A DNA stretch of 64,000 nucleotides from Antedon mediterranea (taxonomy: Eukaryota; Animalia; Echinodermata), in NCBI RefSeq assembly GCF_964355755.1, contig NC_092679.1, positions 18,087,432 to 18,151,431 of the forward strand, written 5' to 3'. Below the pieces are notes generated by a model. It saw only the letters and a program-made list of their open reading frames with translations. It was not told the DNA's origin and made no database searches. This document shows positions 12,625-24,075 of the stretch, piece after piece; positions within the stretch are counted from its first letter, which is position 1; every line of letters starts with the position of its first letter. Both the position numbers and the translations under genes were made by a program.

Positions 12625-12737
12625 CTTTAAGAACTGATATGATGATGATATTGTATCTGGAGTTTCCAAAGTCTAATTGTAGTACAGTATGATAATAATG
12701 GTAATCATAATTAGGAAAGACATCTTTATAGCTGCCA
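12625..12737 (-). pseudogene. Second degenerate IgR leader/D1-start fragment
   Basis: gtctaattgtagt..gataataatggtaat..aggaaagacatcttt similar to 950-1009; first ATG mutated; conserved upstream flank to about 12830. Confidence 0.6.
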
Positions 12738-13337
12738 GATTCCCAAAATAGTGTGTCACATTACTGGATGAAAAGAATATTAGTAAAGTAGATTGATAGA
12801 GGGTGCTATTAACACAAGCTATAATAATTTATATAATATTAACCATTATTAGAACTTTTATTTTTATTTGTATGTTGTAACATTGAAACTACAGAAATGA
12901 CATACGAAACCAGATTTTTGTTTTATGAACGTTTTTATTTATATACAAAACAAGTGTTTTTGAACAAATACAAAGCAACAAAGAGGAAAATTAGATGGGA
13001 AAATTATGAATGACTAATTATGACTAATATAACTATTTGTGATCTGTACTGCAGAACTTATATCAGTGATGTAGCCACAAGAAATAAAGTGGTGCACTTT
13101 CCACAAAAAAATGGAACAATCTCTGTGCAGGCCACTGAGTTGTCAGTCAGGCATCTTTAAAAAACCTTACCAACCGTACGGGTGGCTACGGCCCTGATAT
13201 TACTTCACCATATTTGTGCCCCAGCCCTTATTTTGTCCTTAAATCATACAGTTAAAGTTAAACTGACATTAGGCTTTAGAATGTTCGTGAAGAAGTCAAC
13301 ACTAAAAATCATTCCTATAAATATTTAACATAATCAT

Positions 13338-15912
13338 CAGGCCCGTAGCCAGGGGGGGTTTTTATGGTTCGGGCGAACCCCCCCTTTACAGCGAACCCCC
13401 CTTAACCGACTGCGAACCCCCATCCCCGACATGCCCAATACCTCACCCTCATCTCCGAAAATCGTCCAAATACGTGCCCCACAGTACAAAAAGTTGTTCG
13501 TAAATTAAAAAATTCGTAAACTCGTTCGGAATAACTCATACAGTACCTTCTTCCCTGTATGAGCGTACTTCGAGCGATATAGTCTGTAAATTTCTAAGAG
13601 TTGCAAATGAATTGCCAATTTTAACCTGAAAAATAAATGTTTGGTCCCTGCATTCAACATGATATTGACGCGTCTCACAGCGAGCTGGGGGACGAACGAT
13701 TCGTACAAAGGAAAGGACACCGCCAGACAACTGCGTACCAATTGTTTAGATCACTGGCAGTCAGGCAGCATGCATAAAGTATATAGTCTTCCGACATACA
13801 TCAGTATTTATGTGTGGCTATGAAGTATAATGTATCATAGAGGATTATAGTGAATATTAATATTTTACACTATAATATCTATGGTATCATGTACTGTAGT
13901 TCACATTATGGCATCCGATTATTTTTTTCTAGACCACCAGCCGATACGTACTCAAATGTATCAATATCACCTATTTACATTGGCATATTTAATTTCCTCA
14001 ACAAATTGCTGTAAATAAATATTATAGATAGAGCTATAATAAGAATTGCATTTTCCTTCACCCAGTGTGCTTTTTTCGGGGCTTCTCCTAGACGTACGTT
14101 CGCATTGAACTTGAACGCAAAACAAAATATCGAGTAAAATGATCTAACAATCGGCGGTTCCGCACAGAGCACGCGCATCTAACATACGGCAACAAATTAA
14201 TGTTATCGTTTAAATAGTCCACGAGTCCAAGTACGATCGTTTTGCTCATTGGTAGCATGCTGCATGAGAGTGTCTTTTCCGGCCATCTAGGGGTGTCATT
14301 TAACAAAATTTGCTTCGCCGATACGTACTCAAATGTATCAATATCACCTATTTACATTGTCATATTTAATTTCCTCAACAAATTGCTGTAAATAAATATT
14401 ATAGATAGAGCTATAATAAGAATTGCATTTGCCTTCACCCAGTGTGCTTTTTTCGGGGCTTCTCCTAGACGTACGTTCGCATTGAACTTGAACGCAAAAC
14501 AAAATATCGAGTAAATGATCAAACAATCGGCGGTTCCGCACAGAGCACGCGCATCTAACATACGGCAACAAATGTTATCGTTTAAATAGTCCACGAGTCC
14601 AAGTAAGTACGATCGTTTTGCTCATTGGTAGAATGCTGCATGAGAGTGTCTTTTCCGGCCATCAAGGGGTGTCATTTAACAAAATTTGCTTCGCCGATAC
14701 GTACTCAAATGTATCAATATCACCTATTTACATTGGCATATTTAATTTACTCAACAAATTGCTGTAAATAAATATTATAGATAGAGCTATAATAAGAATT
14801 GCATTTTCCTTCACCCAGTGTGCCTTTTTCGGGGCTTCTCCTAGACGTACGTTCGCATTGAACTTGAACGCAAAACAAAATATCGAGTAAATGATCTAAC
14901 AATCGGCAGTTCCGCACAGAGCACGCGCATCTAACATACGGCAACAAATGTTATCGTTTAAATAGTCCACGAGTCCAAGTACGATCGTTTTGCTCATTGG
15001 TAGCATGCTGCATGAGAGTGTCTTTTCCGGCCATCTAGGGGTGTCATTTAACAAAATTTGCTTCGCCGATACGTACTCAAATGTATCAATATCACCTATT
15101 TACATTGGCATATTTAATTTACTCAAAAAATTGCTGTAAATAAATATTATTGATAGAGCTATAATAAGAATTGCATTTTCCTTCACCCAGTGTGCTTTTT
15201 TCGGGGCTTCTCCTAGACGTACGTTCGCATTGAACTTGAACGCAAAACAAAATATCGAGTAAATGATCTAACAATCGGCGGTTCCGCACAGAGCACGCGC
15301 ATCTAACATACGGCAACAAATGTTATCGTTTAAATAGTCCACGAGTCCAAGTACGATCGTTTTGCTCATTGGTAGCATGCTGCATGAGAGTGTCTTTTCC
15401 GCCGGCCATCTAGGGTGTCATTTAACAAAATTTGCTTCGCCGATACGTACTCAAATGTATTAATATCACCTATTTACATTGGCATATTTAATTTCCTCAA
15501 CAAATTGCTGTAAATAAATATTATAGATAGAGCTATAATAAGAATTGCATTTGCCTTCACCCAGTGTGCTTTTTTCGGGGCTTCTCCTAGACGTACGTTC
15601 GCATTGAACTTGAACGCAAAACAAATATCGAGTAAATGATCAAACAATCGGCGGTTCCGCACAGAGCACGCGCATCTAACATACGGCAACAAATGTTATC
15701 GTTTAAATAGTCCACGAGTCCAAGTACGATCGTTTTGCTCATTGGTAGAATGCTGCATGAGAGTGTCTTTTCCGGCCATCTAGGGGTGTCATTTAACAAA
15801 ATTTGCTTCGCCTCAGGCCCCACCCCAGGGGGGGGGGGGTAGGTATGGGGGTGGGGTGACCCAAATACTTAGTGTGCGAACCCCCCCTTGACAGATCCTG
15901 GCTACGGCCCTG
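13338..15912. mobile_element. Non-autonomous TIR element (CAGG.CCGTAGCCAGG termini) carrying an internal satellite
   Basis: TIRs caggcccgtagccagg / cctggctacggccctg; 5-bp TSD ATCAT (13333-13337 and 15913-15917); the empty site is visible in the paralogous segment at about 17715-17735. Confidence 0.85.
13940..15812. repeat. Tandem satellite, 5 copies of a ~372-bp unit
   Basis: Unit starts gccgatacgtactcaaatg at 13940, 14317, 14693, 15065 and 15439; copies are near-identical. Confidence 0.95.
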
Positions 15913-15938
15913 ATCATCAACAATAGCACAGCTAATTA

Positions 15939-16112
15939 TCAGAATTTGTTATTATACATTGCTTCAGACTTCTTCTCTTTTACATGTCCATAGGCATATG
16001 CATATTCAGGGATAGCTTCAAATGTGGTTTGTGTTTTTTCAGTAGTTTCTTGTGCATCCTTTATTGGTAGAGATGTTTGGTAGACAGGGGATTCTTCCAC
16101 CTCTAAATATAT
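15939..16112 (-). pseudogene. Orphan IgR tail 3' fragment (duplicate of the IgR-4 end)
   Basis: YLEVEESPVYQTSLPIKDAQETTEKTQTTFEAIPEYAYAYGHVKEKKSEAMYNNKF, nearly identical to 17748-17920; its 3' flank 12880-13337 duplicates 17304-17725. Confidence 0.8.
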
Positions 16113-17034
16113 TGAAATAATTATTTTTAGACATGTTGATTTGAAAGTGAGAAGCCTTCTTATTTTTAATAATATTACAATCAATTACTGAGAGTCACAA
16201 TTTAATTTGGTCATAAAAGTTATTTCAACAAGATTCAACCTTGCATCTTCAGCTACAGACTTCTTCTCTTTTACGTGATCATATGCATACTATATTACAT
16301 AGCCTATGTAAATACGTGAACGTGATTGATTGAAACTGCATCACATGACTACCGCTGCGAGGATCGTAAATAGTATATATCCTTGAGTACGATGATATTT
16401 ACTGGGTAATTTTCGCGTAATTATCGTTTCCCTGTCATTAAACATATAAAATCCAGCAAATTCTCGAGTACGATGATATTGACTGTGTAATTTTCGTGTG
16501 GCAACACTCGCGTTTGGCGATAAATAAACAAAAGTCATCTACTGGGTCTTGAAATCGCGATGAAATCGTCTTGTTGCTTCATGCGCTGTGCCACGGAACT
16601 TGCTTAAAGAAATTAATCAACTAAACTATTTAAACTATGCATACATAGCGCCCTCATTTGTTATTAGTCCTCCCTAGATGTAATGAAAGATCGTTTGTGA
16701 TTGGTTAATACTCACGGTAGTAGTTAGTTATGCACGACGTGGCGAACATCCGGTGATTCGGCTCGAAGAAGACGAATTATTCGGCCTACCTGATTATAAT
16801 ATTATTGTTAATGTAGGTTTTATTGATAGAAATTCTTCTGTTAATTTAAACGACCTAGACCTAAGTGAATATTTTATTGCCAAGGAATCATTTAATTAGT
16901 AATTATCTGTATATTATTCTTCACAAGGTAAGGTGAATTCAACGCCTAACTACTGTAGGCAGGCTTATTACAATACAAAGGAGGCCTAGCTACACCCGAC
17001 CCAGCAGTAGATATTCAACTTGTTGTTGGCAATG

Positions 17035-17226
17035 TAATATAACAGATATCGCCTTTTATATCGGTAAAATATAAGATTTGACATCCCCTTGGGAATGATA
17101 TTTTTTTCGATGGAATATATTTCCCAAAGCGTTAAGGTAAATATATTCCATCGAACAAAATATCATTCCCAAGGGGATGTCAAATCTTATATTTAACCTC
17201 TAAGCAGGCAAAATCTGTATAATATT
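17035..17226. repeat. Palindromic MITE-like hairpin
   Basis: aatataagatttgacatccccttgggaatgatatttt..tcgatggaatatattt is followed by its reverse complement. Confidence 0.8.
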
Positions 17227-17747
17227 CCGGGATATGTAGTTTCTTGTGCATCTTTTATTGGTAGAGATATTTGGTAGGTTGCATATGCATATGAATATTC
17301 ATAACATTGAAACTACATAAATGACATACAAAACCAAATTTTTGTTTTATGAACGTTTTTATTTATATACAAAACAAGTGTTTTTGAACAATACAAAGCA
17401 ACAAAGAGGGTAAAATTAAATAGGAACATTATGAAACTAATTATGGCTAATAACTATTTGTGATCTGTACTGCAGAACTTATATCAGTGATGTAGCCACA
17501 AGAAATAAAGTGGTGCAGGCCACTGAGTTGTCAAAGGCATCTTTAAAAAACCTTACCAACCGTACTGGTGGCTACGGCCCTGATATTACTACAGCATATT
17601 TGTGCCCTAGCCCTTATTTTGTCTTCAAATCATACAGTTAAAGTTAAACTGACATTAGGCTTTAGAATGTTCGTGAAGAAGTCAACCCTAAAAATCATGA
17701 TTCCTATAAATATTTAACATAATCATCAACATTAGCAGAGCTAATTA

Positions 17748-19316
17748 TCAGAATGTGTTATTATACATTGCTTCAGACTTCTTCTCTTTTACATGTCCAT
17801 AGGCATATGCATATTCAGGGATAGCTTCAAATGTGGTTTGTGTTTTTTCAGTAGTTTCTTGTGCATCTTTTATTGGTAGAGATGTTTGGTAGACAGGGGA
17901 TTCTCCCACCTCTAAATATATTGCAGTTTGGGCTGGTTGGTTAGAATTTGCATATGCATATGAATATTCATGATCTTTATTCAACATGGCACTGTGATGA
18001 CAACGAATCATATTCTGGTGTGAAAGAGTTTGTAATGAGGTTTGTTCTGTGGATGAAACATTTGGTACTATATATTCTGATGGCATTAGCTCCACCACTT
18101 CATCTGTTTTGGTGAAATCATCTGGACTACACTGAGTTGACATGTCTTTACTTCTACACATTTTTTTCGCTTTATTTTGTTTAGTTTTAGAGATTCTATA
18201 GATAATTATTGCTATAATGATAATGAGTATTAAAGCACATGCACAGATGATGTATACATAGACTGATGTGTGCCTACTGATAGTACTGATAGAGGTAACT
18301 TCTTCATCTGTCTCATTTTGTTTACCACTGTTTGTCTGGCTGCAGTTATTGTCATTAGTGTTATCAGGTTGTATCACATATGAATCTGATCCATGTACAT
18401 CATTAGGAGATGTCACATGACATGTCAGTAGGCTGGCAATCATTCCATCAGTGATGTTCAAGTTGAGTTGTGATGTGTTGCCCAGTTGACCTGTATTGTT
18501 CATTGTTCAGTTGTATTTGTATTCTGGACAACTGTGTCCAGTCTTGCAGTTGAATGAGGATAACTTTCCAACTTTAGAATTGCCACATGTAACAATTGTC
18601 ACTTTTATCTGAACATTTATTAATACTTTGCAGATTCCCTTTTCTAGGTCTTCAATGTGGTGTTTCCCCTGATTTGTCACATTTAAGATACATGCAAAAT
18701 ACAATAGATTTAACTTTTCTTCAACTAAAAACTCATTTTCTAAACTCAGGTGAGTTGCATTTTTGATTGATTTTATTTTTATCACAGAAATATTTTTGTT
18801 AACATTCCATTGCAGTTCTTGAGAATCAGTAGGAAATTCTTCAATGATTTTTGAGGTACAGTACAAAATCAGCAAACCTCCAACCATGTAAAATTCTTTA
18901 TTTGACTTTGAGTGACAAGTTGGTGTAGTAAAGGCAACCACATTAAGTACAGCAGGCTTGGAAGTCTTCAAAATGATGTTTGAACTATTGATGGCATGGC
19001 AGCTGTACTCCCCAGAATCTAACAATGTAACTTCTGGTGTATTGAGTTTACATGAGTCGGTCTCCTCATCAAAATCTACTTGTATCTTACTTGTTCCAGG
19101 ATGTAGAGTCTTGCTGTTATGTTTCCAAAAACAAGTCAAAGCTGGTTTCCAATCTGAAAACACACAAAGGAATTCAGCTGTTCCTTCTTCTAGAATATTC
19201 TTATCTTTTGGTTCATAAAGAAGATGAAGATCAAAGCTAAATGCAAAACTCAGCAGTAAAACGATGATTAAACTTAAAAGATTTCTTGACACCGATTTCT
19301 GAAACATGTTGACCAT
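17748..19316 (-). pseudogene. IgR-4: 3-Ig receptor with a single in-frame TGA at 18507-18509
   Basis: ORFs 18507..19316 and 17748..18503 are in the same frame. TGA replaces the TGG of the conserved D3 YNW; the rest is an intact 522-codon leader-3Ig-TM-Tyr tail. Confidence 0.85.
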
Positions 19317-20576
19317 TCAAGAAATCAATTTATAAATTCATTGCTTGCAAACTATAAAATTAATGTACTTTCATATTATGTATTATATAGCAAGATTGTT
19401 TCCTGGTCAAAGACGTTTCATCCAACGAAGGAATGAAAAAGTAATTGTACATTGTGAAATTGTCAGTTTTCGTTTCATTTTCATATTTGCTTTAATAGCA
19501 ATAGGTTGGCCAATAAATCATTGCACTGATTGACAGTGATTGATAGGGAATGTGATGATAGGTGAATACAATTTAGCTATAAAAATGATGTGCATGTGTG
19601 GGGCATAATTTAGAACATTAATTTAAAGTACAACAAATAAATTCAAATCTCCTTGTTCAAACTGGTGATGTAGTATGTGTTAAATGAAAGGGAATATTTT
19701 TCATTAACTGCTGATACTGTACACTAATTCACTCAGTTTCCCCTTCACAAGAATCAGTAAATACAATATTTCAAACAAATTTCTGTGATGTATTTATTAG
19801 ACAGCTATTTACATTGAGCAAAAAACATATTTTTTAGAATCGTCTGATTATAGCGTGGACCAAATACAGTAGTAACTTGTAAACAGTGGTGTAACGGCTA
19901 TAAGCACTCACTGGCTAAACCCAGGGGTACTGGAGCTTACAGGCCCCTGACCTAGGTCCAGAGTAAAAAACAGGCATTAGAATATGTTCAGCGTTGGCGG
20001 GCCACTTAGGGTCCTTAAACCAGGGGCCTTATGCCTCTACTTTATGCCACTTCTTGTAAATTGTATAAATAATAATATAATAATATAATGATAATAGGTA
20101 TGAGAAATATACCCAGACCATTCAGAACAAAACGCTATTTGCAAACAATATCAAGCAGCCTTGTTGCATAATGTTGCCTAAAATAATTTTAGTTATATAT
20201 ATAAATAATTAATAATAATTTAATTTTTTTAGTTCCTATGTAAATTTATAGTGTACAACACAATTTTTTGGGATTTTGAATGGTATCACAAGCAGTAAAA
20301 TACAGCTATTATTTCTTTATAAATCAACTTTGATTAGCATTAACTTAAATGTTCTGCCCACCTAATTACTACCGGTATTTACATGTCATTGACGACTAAA
20401 ACTCATTAAGCATGTATCCCAAATTAGTATTGCATACAGGATCACAGAGTATAATGTTTGTGATGTTGTAAAATAATGAACTACAGTATACAACTAGTGA
20501 ATTGATCATGGAAAAGTTGTCATTCATTGCATAAAATGATATAATACATGCATTTTAGAGCATAGTAGTAGCTAAT

Positions 20577-22181
20577 TTATTCTGATGAGTTTTGTTCTGG
20601 AGTGTCACTGTTCAGTGTGAAATAAAAGACATTTTTCGGAACAGGATTAACCATTTCATCATTCATGCTCTGAGAAGGGTTTGACAATTCCGTACTGTAT
20701 GAATTAGTTTCTAAAGAATCCAGTGTAAAATAAAACACACCAGCTGCATCCGTCTGTCTATCTAGGTTTATGGACCCTATGGCATTATTATTGTTTGCAG
20801 AGCTGGCGTATGCGTGTTCTGTTGTACCAGCATCCTCAAATGTGGATGACTTTCCAAAATCGTTATCGTGCATAAATGATGATAAACTTCTAACAGGAAA
20901 GGCAGATGTAGGAGCAGCTGATACAAAGGATATGTCGCTTGTGGTGAAGGTTGATGGAGTAACTAAAGGGTTGTCTGGTATAACTGCATACATGGCACTA
21001 CCAGAATAGTTTTCTGCTAAAATACTATTGCCTTCATTGGGGGAAAGAGAAGGTATTTTAGTAACAGAATAAGTGATGCAACATGGAAAATGTTTATATG
21101 ATTGGTAGATACCAACACTAATGAGTGACAATACAACAAAGGTTGTTGAAACAGAGATAGCGACAACAAGATAAACTGAAGTAACTTCTTCATTTGTCTC
21201 ATTTTTTTTACAACTGTTTGTCGGACTGCAGTTATTGTCATTAGTGTTATCAGGTTGTATCACGTATGAATCGGATCCATGTACGTAATTAGAAGATGTC
21301 ACATGACATGTCAACTGACTGCCAATCATTTCATCAGTGATGTTCAAGTTGAGCTGTGATGTGTTGTCCAGTAGATTTGTATTGTTCATTGTCCAGTTGT
21401 ATTTACATTCTGGACAATAATGTCCAGTCTTACAATGAAAAGAGACTGTCTTTCCAACAGAAATGCTAGATGCAACAATTGTCACATTTGTCCGAACATA
21501 TTTTATTGATATTTTGCAGTTCTTATTTTCTGAATCTTGTAAATTTGTCACATTCAAGATACAAGCAAATTGCAATTTATTTAACTTTTCTTTGACTAAA
21601 AACTCATTTTCTAAACTCAAGTGGGTTGCATTAGTTGTTGACTTTGTTTTTATAAAAGAAATATTTTTGTTAACATTCCATTCCAGTCTTTGAGAATCAG
21701 TAGAAATTTCTTCAATAATTTTTGAGGTACAGTACAAAATTAGCACATCTCCAACCATGTAAAATTCTTTATTTGATTGACAAGTTGGTGTAGTAAAGAC
21801 AACGACATTGAGTACAGCAAGCTCAGAAGACTTTAGAATGATGTTTGAACTATTGATGGCATGGCAGCTGTACTCTCCAGAATCTAACAATGTGACTTCT
21901 GGTATACTGAGTTTACATGAGTCAGTCTCCTCATCAAAATCTACTTGAATCTTACTAGTTCCAGGATGTAGCGTCTTGCTTTTATGTTTCCAAAAACAAG
22001 TCAAATCTGGTTTCCAATCTGAAAACACACAAAGAAATTCAGCTGTTTCTTCTTCTAGAATAGTCTTATCTTTTGGTTCATAAAGAAGATGAAGATCAAA
22101 GCTAAATGCAAAATTCAGCAGTAAAATGATGGTTAAACTTAAAAGATGTTTTGACGCAGATTTCTGAAACATGTTGACCAT
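20577..22181 (-). CDS. IgR-5: intact single-exon 3-Ig receptor with tandem ITIMs
   Basis: 534-aa ORF with leader, DSGEYSC D1, TM VYLVVAISVSTTFVVLSLISVGIY, and a tail with MYAVI and two VFYFTL (V-x-Y-x-x-L). Confidence 0.9.
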   Translation of the reverse strand: MVNMFQKSASKHLLSLTIILLLNFAFSFDLHLLYEPKDKTILEEETAEFLCVFSDWKPDLTCFWKHKSKTLHPGTSKIQVDFDEETDSCKLSIPEVTLLDSGEYSCHAINSSNIILKSSELAVLNVVVFTTPTCQSNKEFYMVGDVLILYCTSKIIEEISTDSQRLEWNVNKNISFIKTKSTTNATHLSLENEFLVKEKLNKLQFACILNVTNLQDSENKNCKISIKYVRTNVTIVASSISVGKTVSFHCKTGHYCPECKYNWTMNNTNLLDNTSQLNLNITDEMIGSQLTCHVTSSNYVHGSDSYVIQPDNTNDNNCSPTNSCKKNETNEEVTSVYLVVAISVSTTFVVLSLISVGIYQSYKHFPCCITYSVTKIPSLSPNEGNSILAENYSGSAMYAVIPDNPLVTPSTFTTSDISFVSAAPTSAFPVRSLSSFMHDNDFGKSSTFEDAGTTEHAYASSANNNNAIGSINLDRQTDAAGVFYFTLDSLETNSYSTELSNPSQSMNDEMVNPVPKNVFYFTLNSDTPEQNSSE

Positions 22182-22902
22182 TCAAGAAATCAATTTATAA
22201 ATTCATTGCTTGTTAACTATAAAATTAATGTACTTTTTGAGTTTCATATTATGTATTATATAGCAAGATTGTTTCCTGGTCAAAGACGTTTATCCAACGA
22301 AGGAATGAAAAAGTAATTGTACATTGTGAAATTGTCAGTTTTCGTTTCATTTTCATATTTGCTTTAATAGCAATAGCTTGGCCAATAAATCATTGAACTG
22401 ATTGTCAGTGATTGATAGGAAATGTGATGATAGGTGAATACAATTTAGCTAGAAAAATGATGTGCATGTGTAGGGCATGGATGAAATTAAACTGTTGGGT
22501 GTGTGAGTGGTTGTGGAATAGGGCTTTTAGGGTGGGGGCAACGTTTATTGGTGGAAGGCATTATTTTTTGTTGGTGTAAAATTCTAATGGTAGATAAAAC
22601 ACCCTCAATAAAATTATGTAATAATATATGGTATTTATTCAAGAACAGGGGATTTAGGTGAAGGGTTGCTAATGACATCTCGCATTTCAATCTTGCTTCT
22701 AGTTCGTAGACTATGTTTCGAAATAATGACTCAAATAAACAATAGTTTCAACTACTGTACTTAATTTTATTGAAACTATAATGTTATTAAATGAAAGTAT
22801 TTCATACATATTTATTAAAACTTTATACACGTTTATACACAATTTTTACTTAATCTCAAATAATACAAAAGTTTGATTTGGGTCAATGATTAAGTATAGA
22901 CT

Positions 22903-24075
22903 TTATACAGCTTCTCCTTCTTGATTTACACTTATTTTTATTGTTTCTGTACCTGTCCTAGTAACCTTTTTTTTAGGTGTTAAGCCAGGAAGATAAAATT
23001 TTGCAGAATGCTTTAACTTAATTTTGCCAATAAAAACTGCAACTATAGTAAGACAAACAATGCATCCTATTGTTACTGGTAATATTACAATCAGATTTGT
23101 TGTTTCTTTGTTCACTGAATTTTGTTCCAATTGTGTTGAAATCTTATTAATTGTTTTTTGATGATTTACATTTAGGATATATGTAGCATTTCCCGTAGCA
23201 AAATATTTAGAAGCAATGCAAGTTGTATGACAATCGTTCATTTTTTTTGTTATATTGTTGATTCTATTGTCAGAGATTTTGAAATTGTTTTTTACGTCAT
23301 TATTGCAGTTTTCAAACATCCATTGGTACGAAACATCTTCAAAATGTTCTTTTATATTGCATGTTATACTATTGTATTTGAAATCTGGCGTAATATGCAC
23401 ATGAAGTTGATTAGTGATGTTTAACGGTTTTGTAGTACACACACGTGGAACTTGTTCTCCATTCGCCGTCATCATGCATTTATAATCGTCACCGTGTTTC
23501 ATCATAGAAGCTGGAAATATTGCAGATAATGTTGTGTATTCTGTATTTTCCAACAAATTCAATTCTGCTCCTTCAGGAATATCGAGCCATTCCATTTTAA
23601 AGTCCCCTCTAGTTTCAGAAGTACATGATATTACCACATCTTCACCATCAATGTACATATCACTAGATAGGCTACAGTACGGATATTGTCTATCTGCTAC
23701 ATCATGAACAGTTAATTTACCTGCTTTGGACTTGGCTATAATGTCTGTTCCATATAGTACAACACATTGATAATTTCCTTCATCTGACATTTTAACGTCT
23801 GAAATCTCCAGAATTACATTTCTCCTATCAACATCAAACCTCTCTTTATCATTGTAGTCCGGGGTGAAAAGAGCTCCGTCTTTCCACCAGTTGAATGTTA
23901 TTTGGTTTAGGTCTGCTAATTCTCCATGCAGGATGCATATCAATTTAACATTACTGTGTTTATAAGCTTGAATATCTTCTGGATGGAATGCAATAGTGAC
24001 ATCCACACAGAGACTTTTTGAAATTAAAATGTAAAAGTAACACAAAACCACTACAACCTGCTTTATTGAAGCCAT
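22903..24075 (-). CDS. IgR-6: divergent single-exon 3-Ig receptor with short tail
   Basis: 390-aa ORF with leader, LIC..FNWWKDG..LEISDVKMSDEGNYQC, second and third Cys/Trp Ig patterns, TM LIVILPVTIGCIVCLTIVAVFIG, and a ~40-aa basic tail. Confidence 0.88.
   Translation of the reverse strand: MASIKQVVVVLCYFYILISKSLCVDVTIAFHPEDIQAYKHSNVKLICILHGELADLNQITFNWWKDGALFTPDYNDKERFDVDRRNVILEISDVKMSDEGNYQCVVLYGTDIIAKSKAGKLTVHDVADRQYPYCSLSSDMYIDGEDVVISCTSETRGDFKMEWLDIPEGAELNLLENTEYTTLSAIFPASMMKHGDDYKCMMTANGEQVPRVCTTKPLNITNQLHVHITPDFKYNSITCNIKEHFEDVSYQWMFENCNNDVKNNFKISDNRINNITKKMNDCHTTCIASKYFATGNATYILNVNHQKTINKISTQLEQNSVNKETTNLIVILPVTIGCIVCLTIVAVFIGKIKLKHSAKFYLPGLTPKKKVTRTGTETIKISVNQEGEAV

Noticed and set aside
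13940-15812. CRISPR array or coding repeat (many 66-80 aa ORFs)
   Set aside because: Head-to-tail ~372-bp units with no unique spacers, a eukaryotic context, and frames that change between copies.
17748-18100. Canonical ITAM in the shared Tyr tail
   Set aside because: YLEV..YQTS and the YAYAY clusters do not fit YxxL/I-x6-12-YxxL/I; reported only as Tyr-rich.
1-24075. RAG-type V(D)J segments with recombination signals
   Set aside because: The genes are complete single ORFs, and I saw no consistent CACAGTG/ACAAAAACC pairs at their borders.
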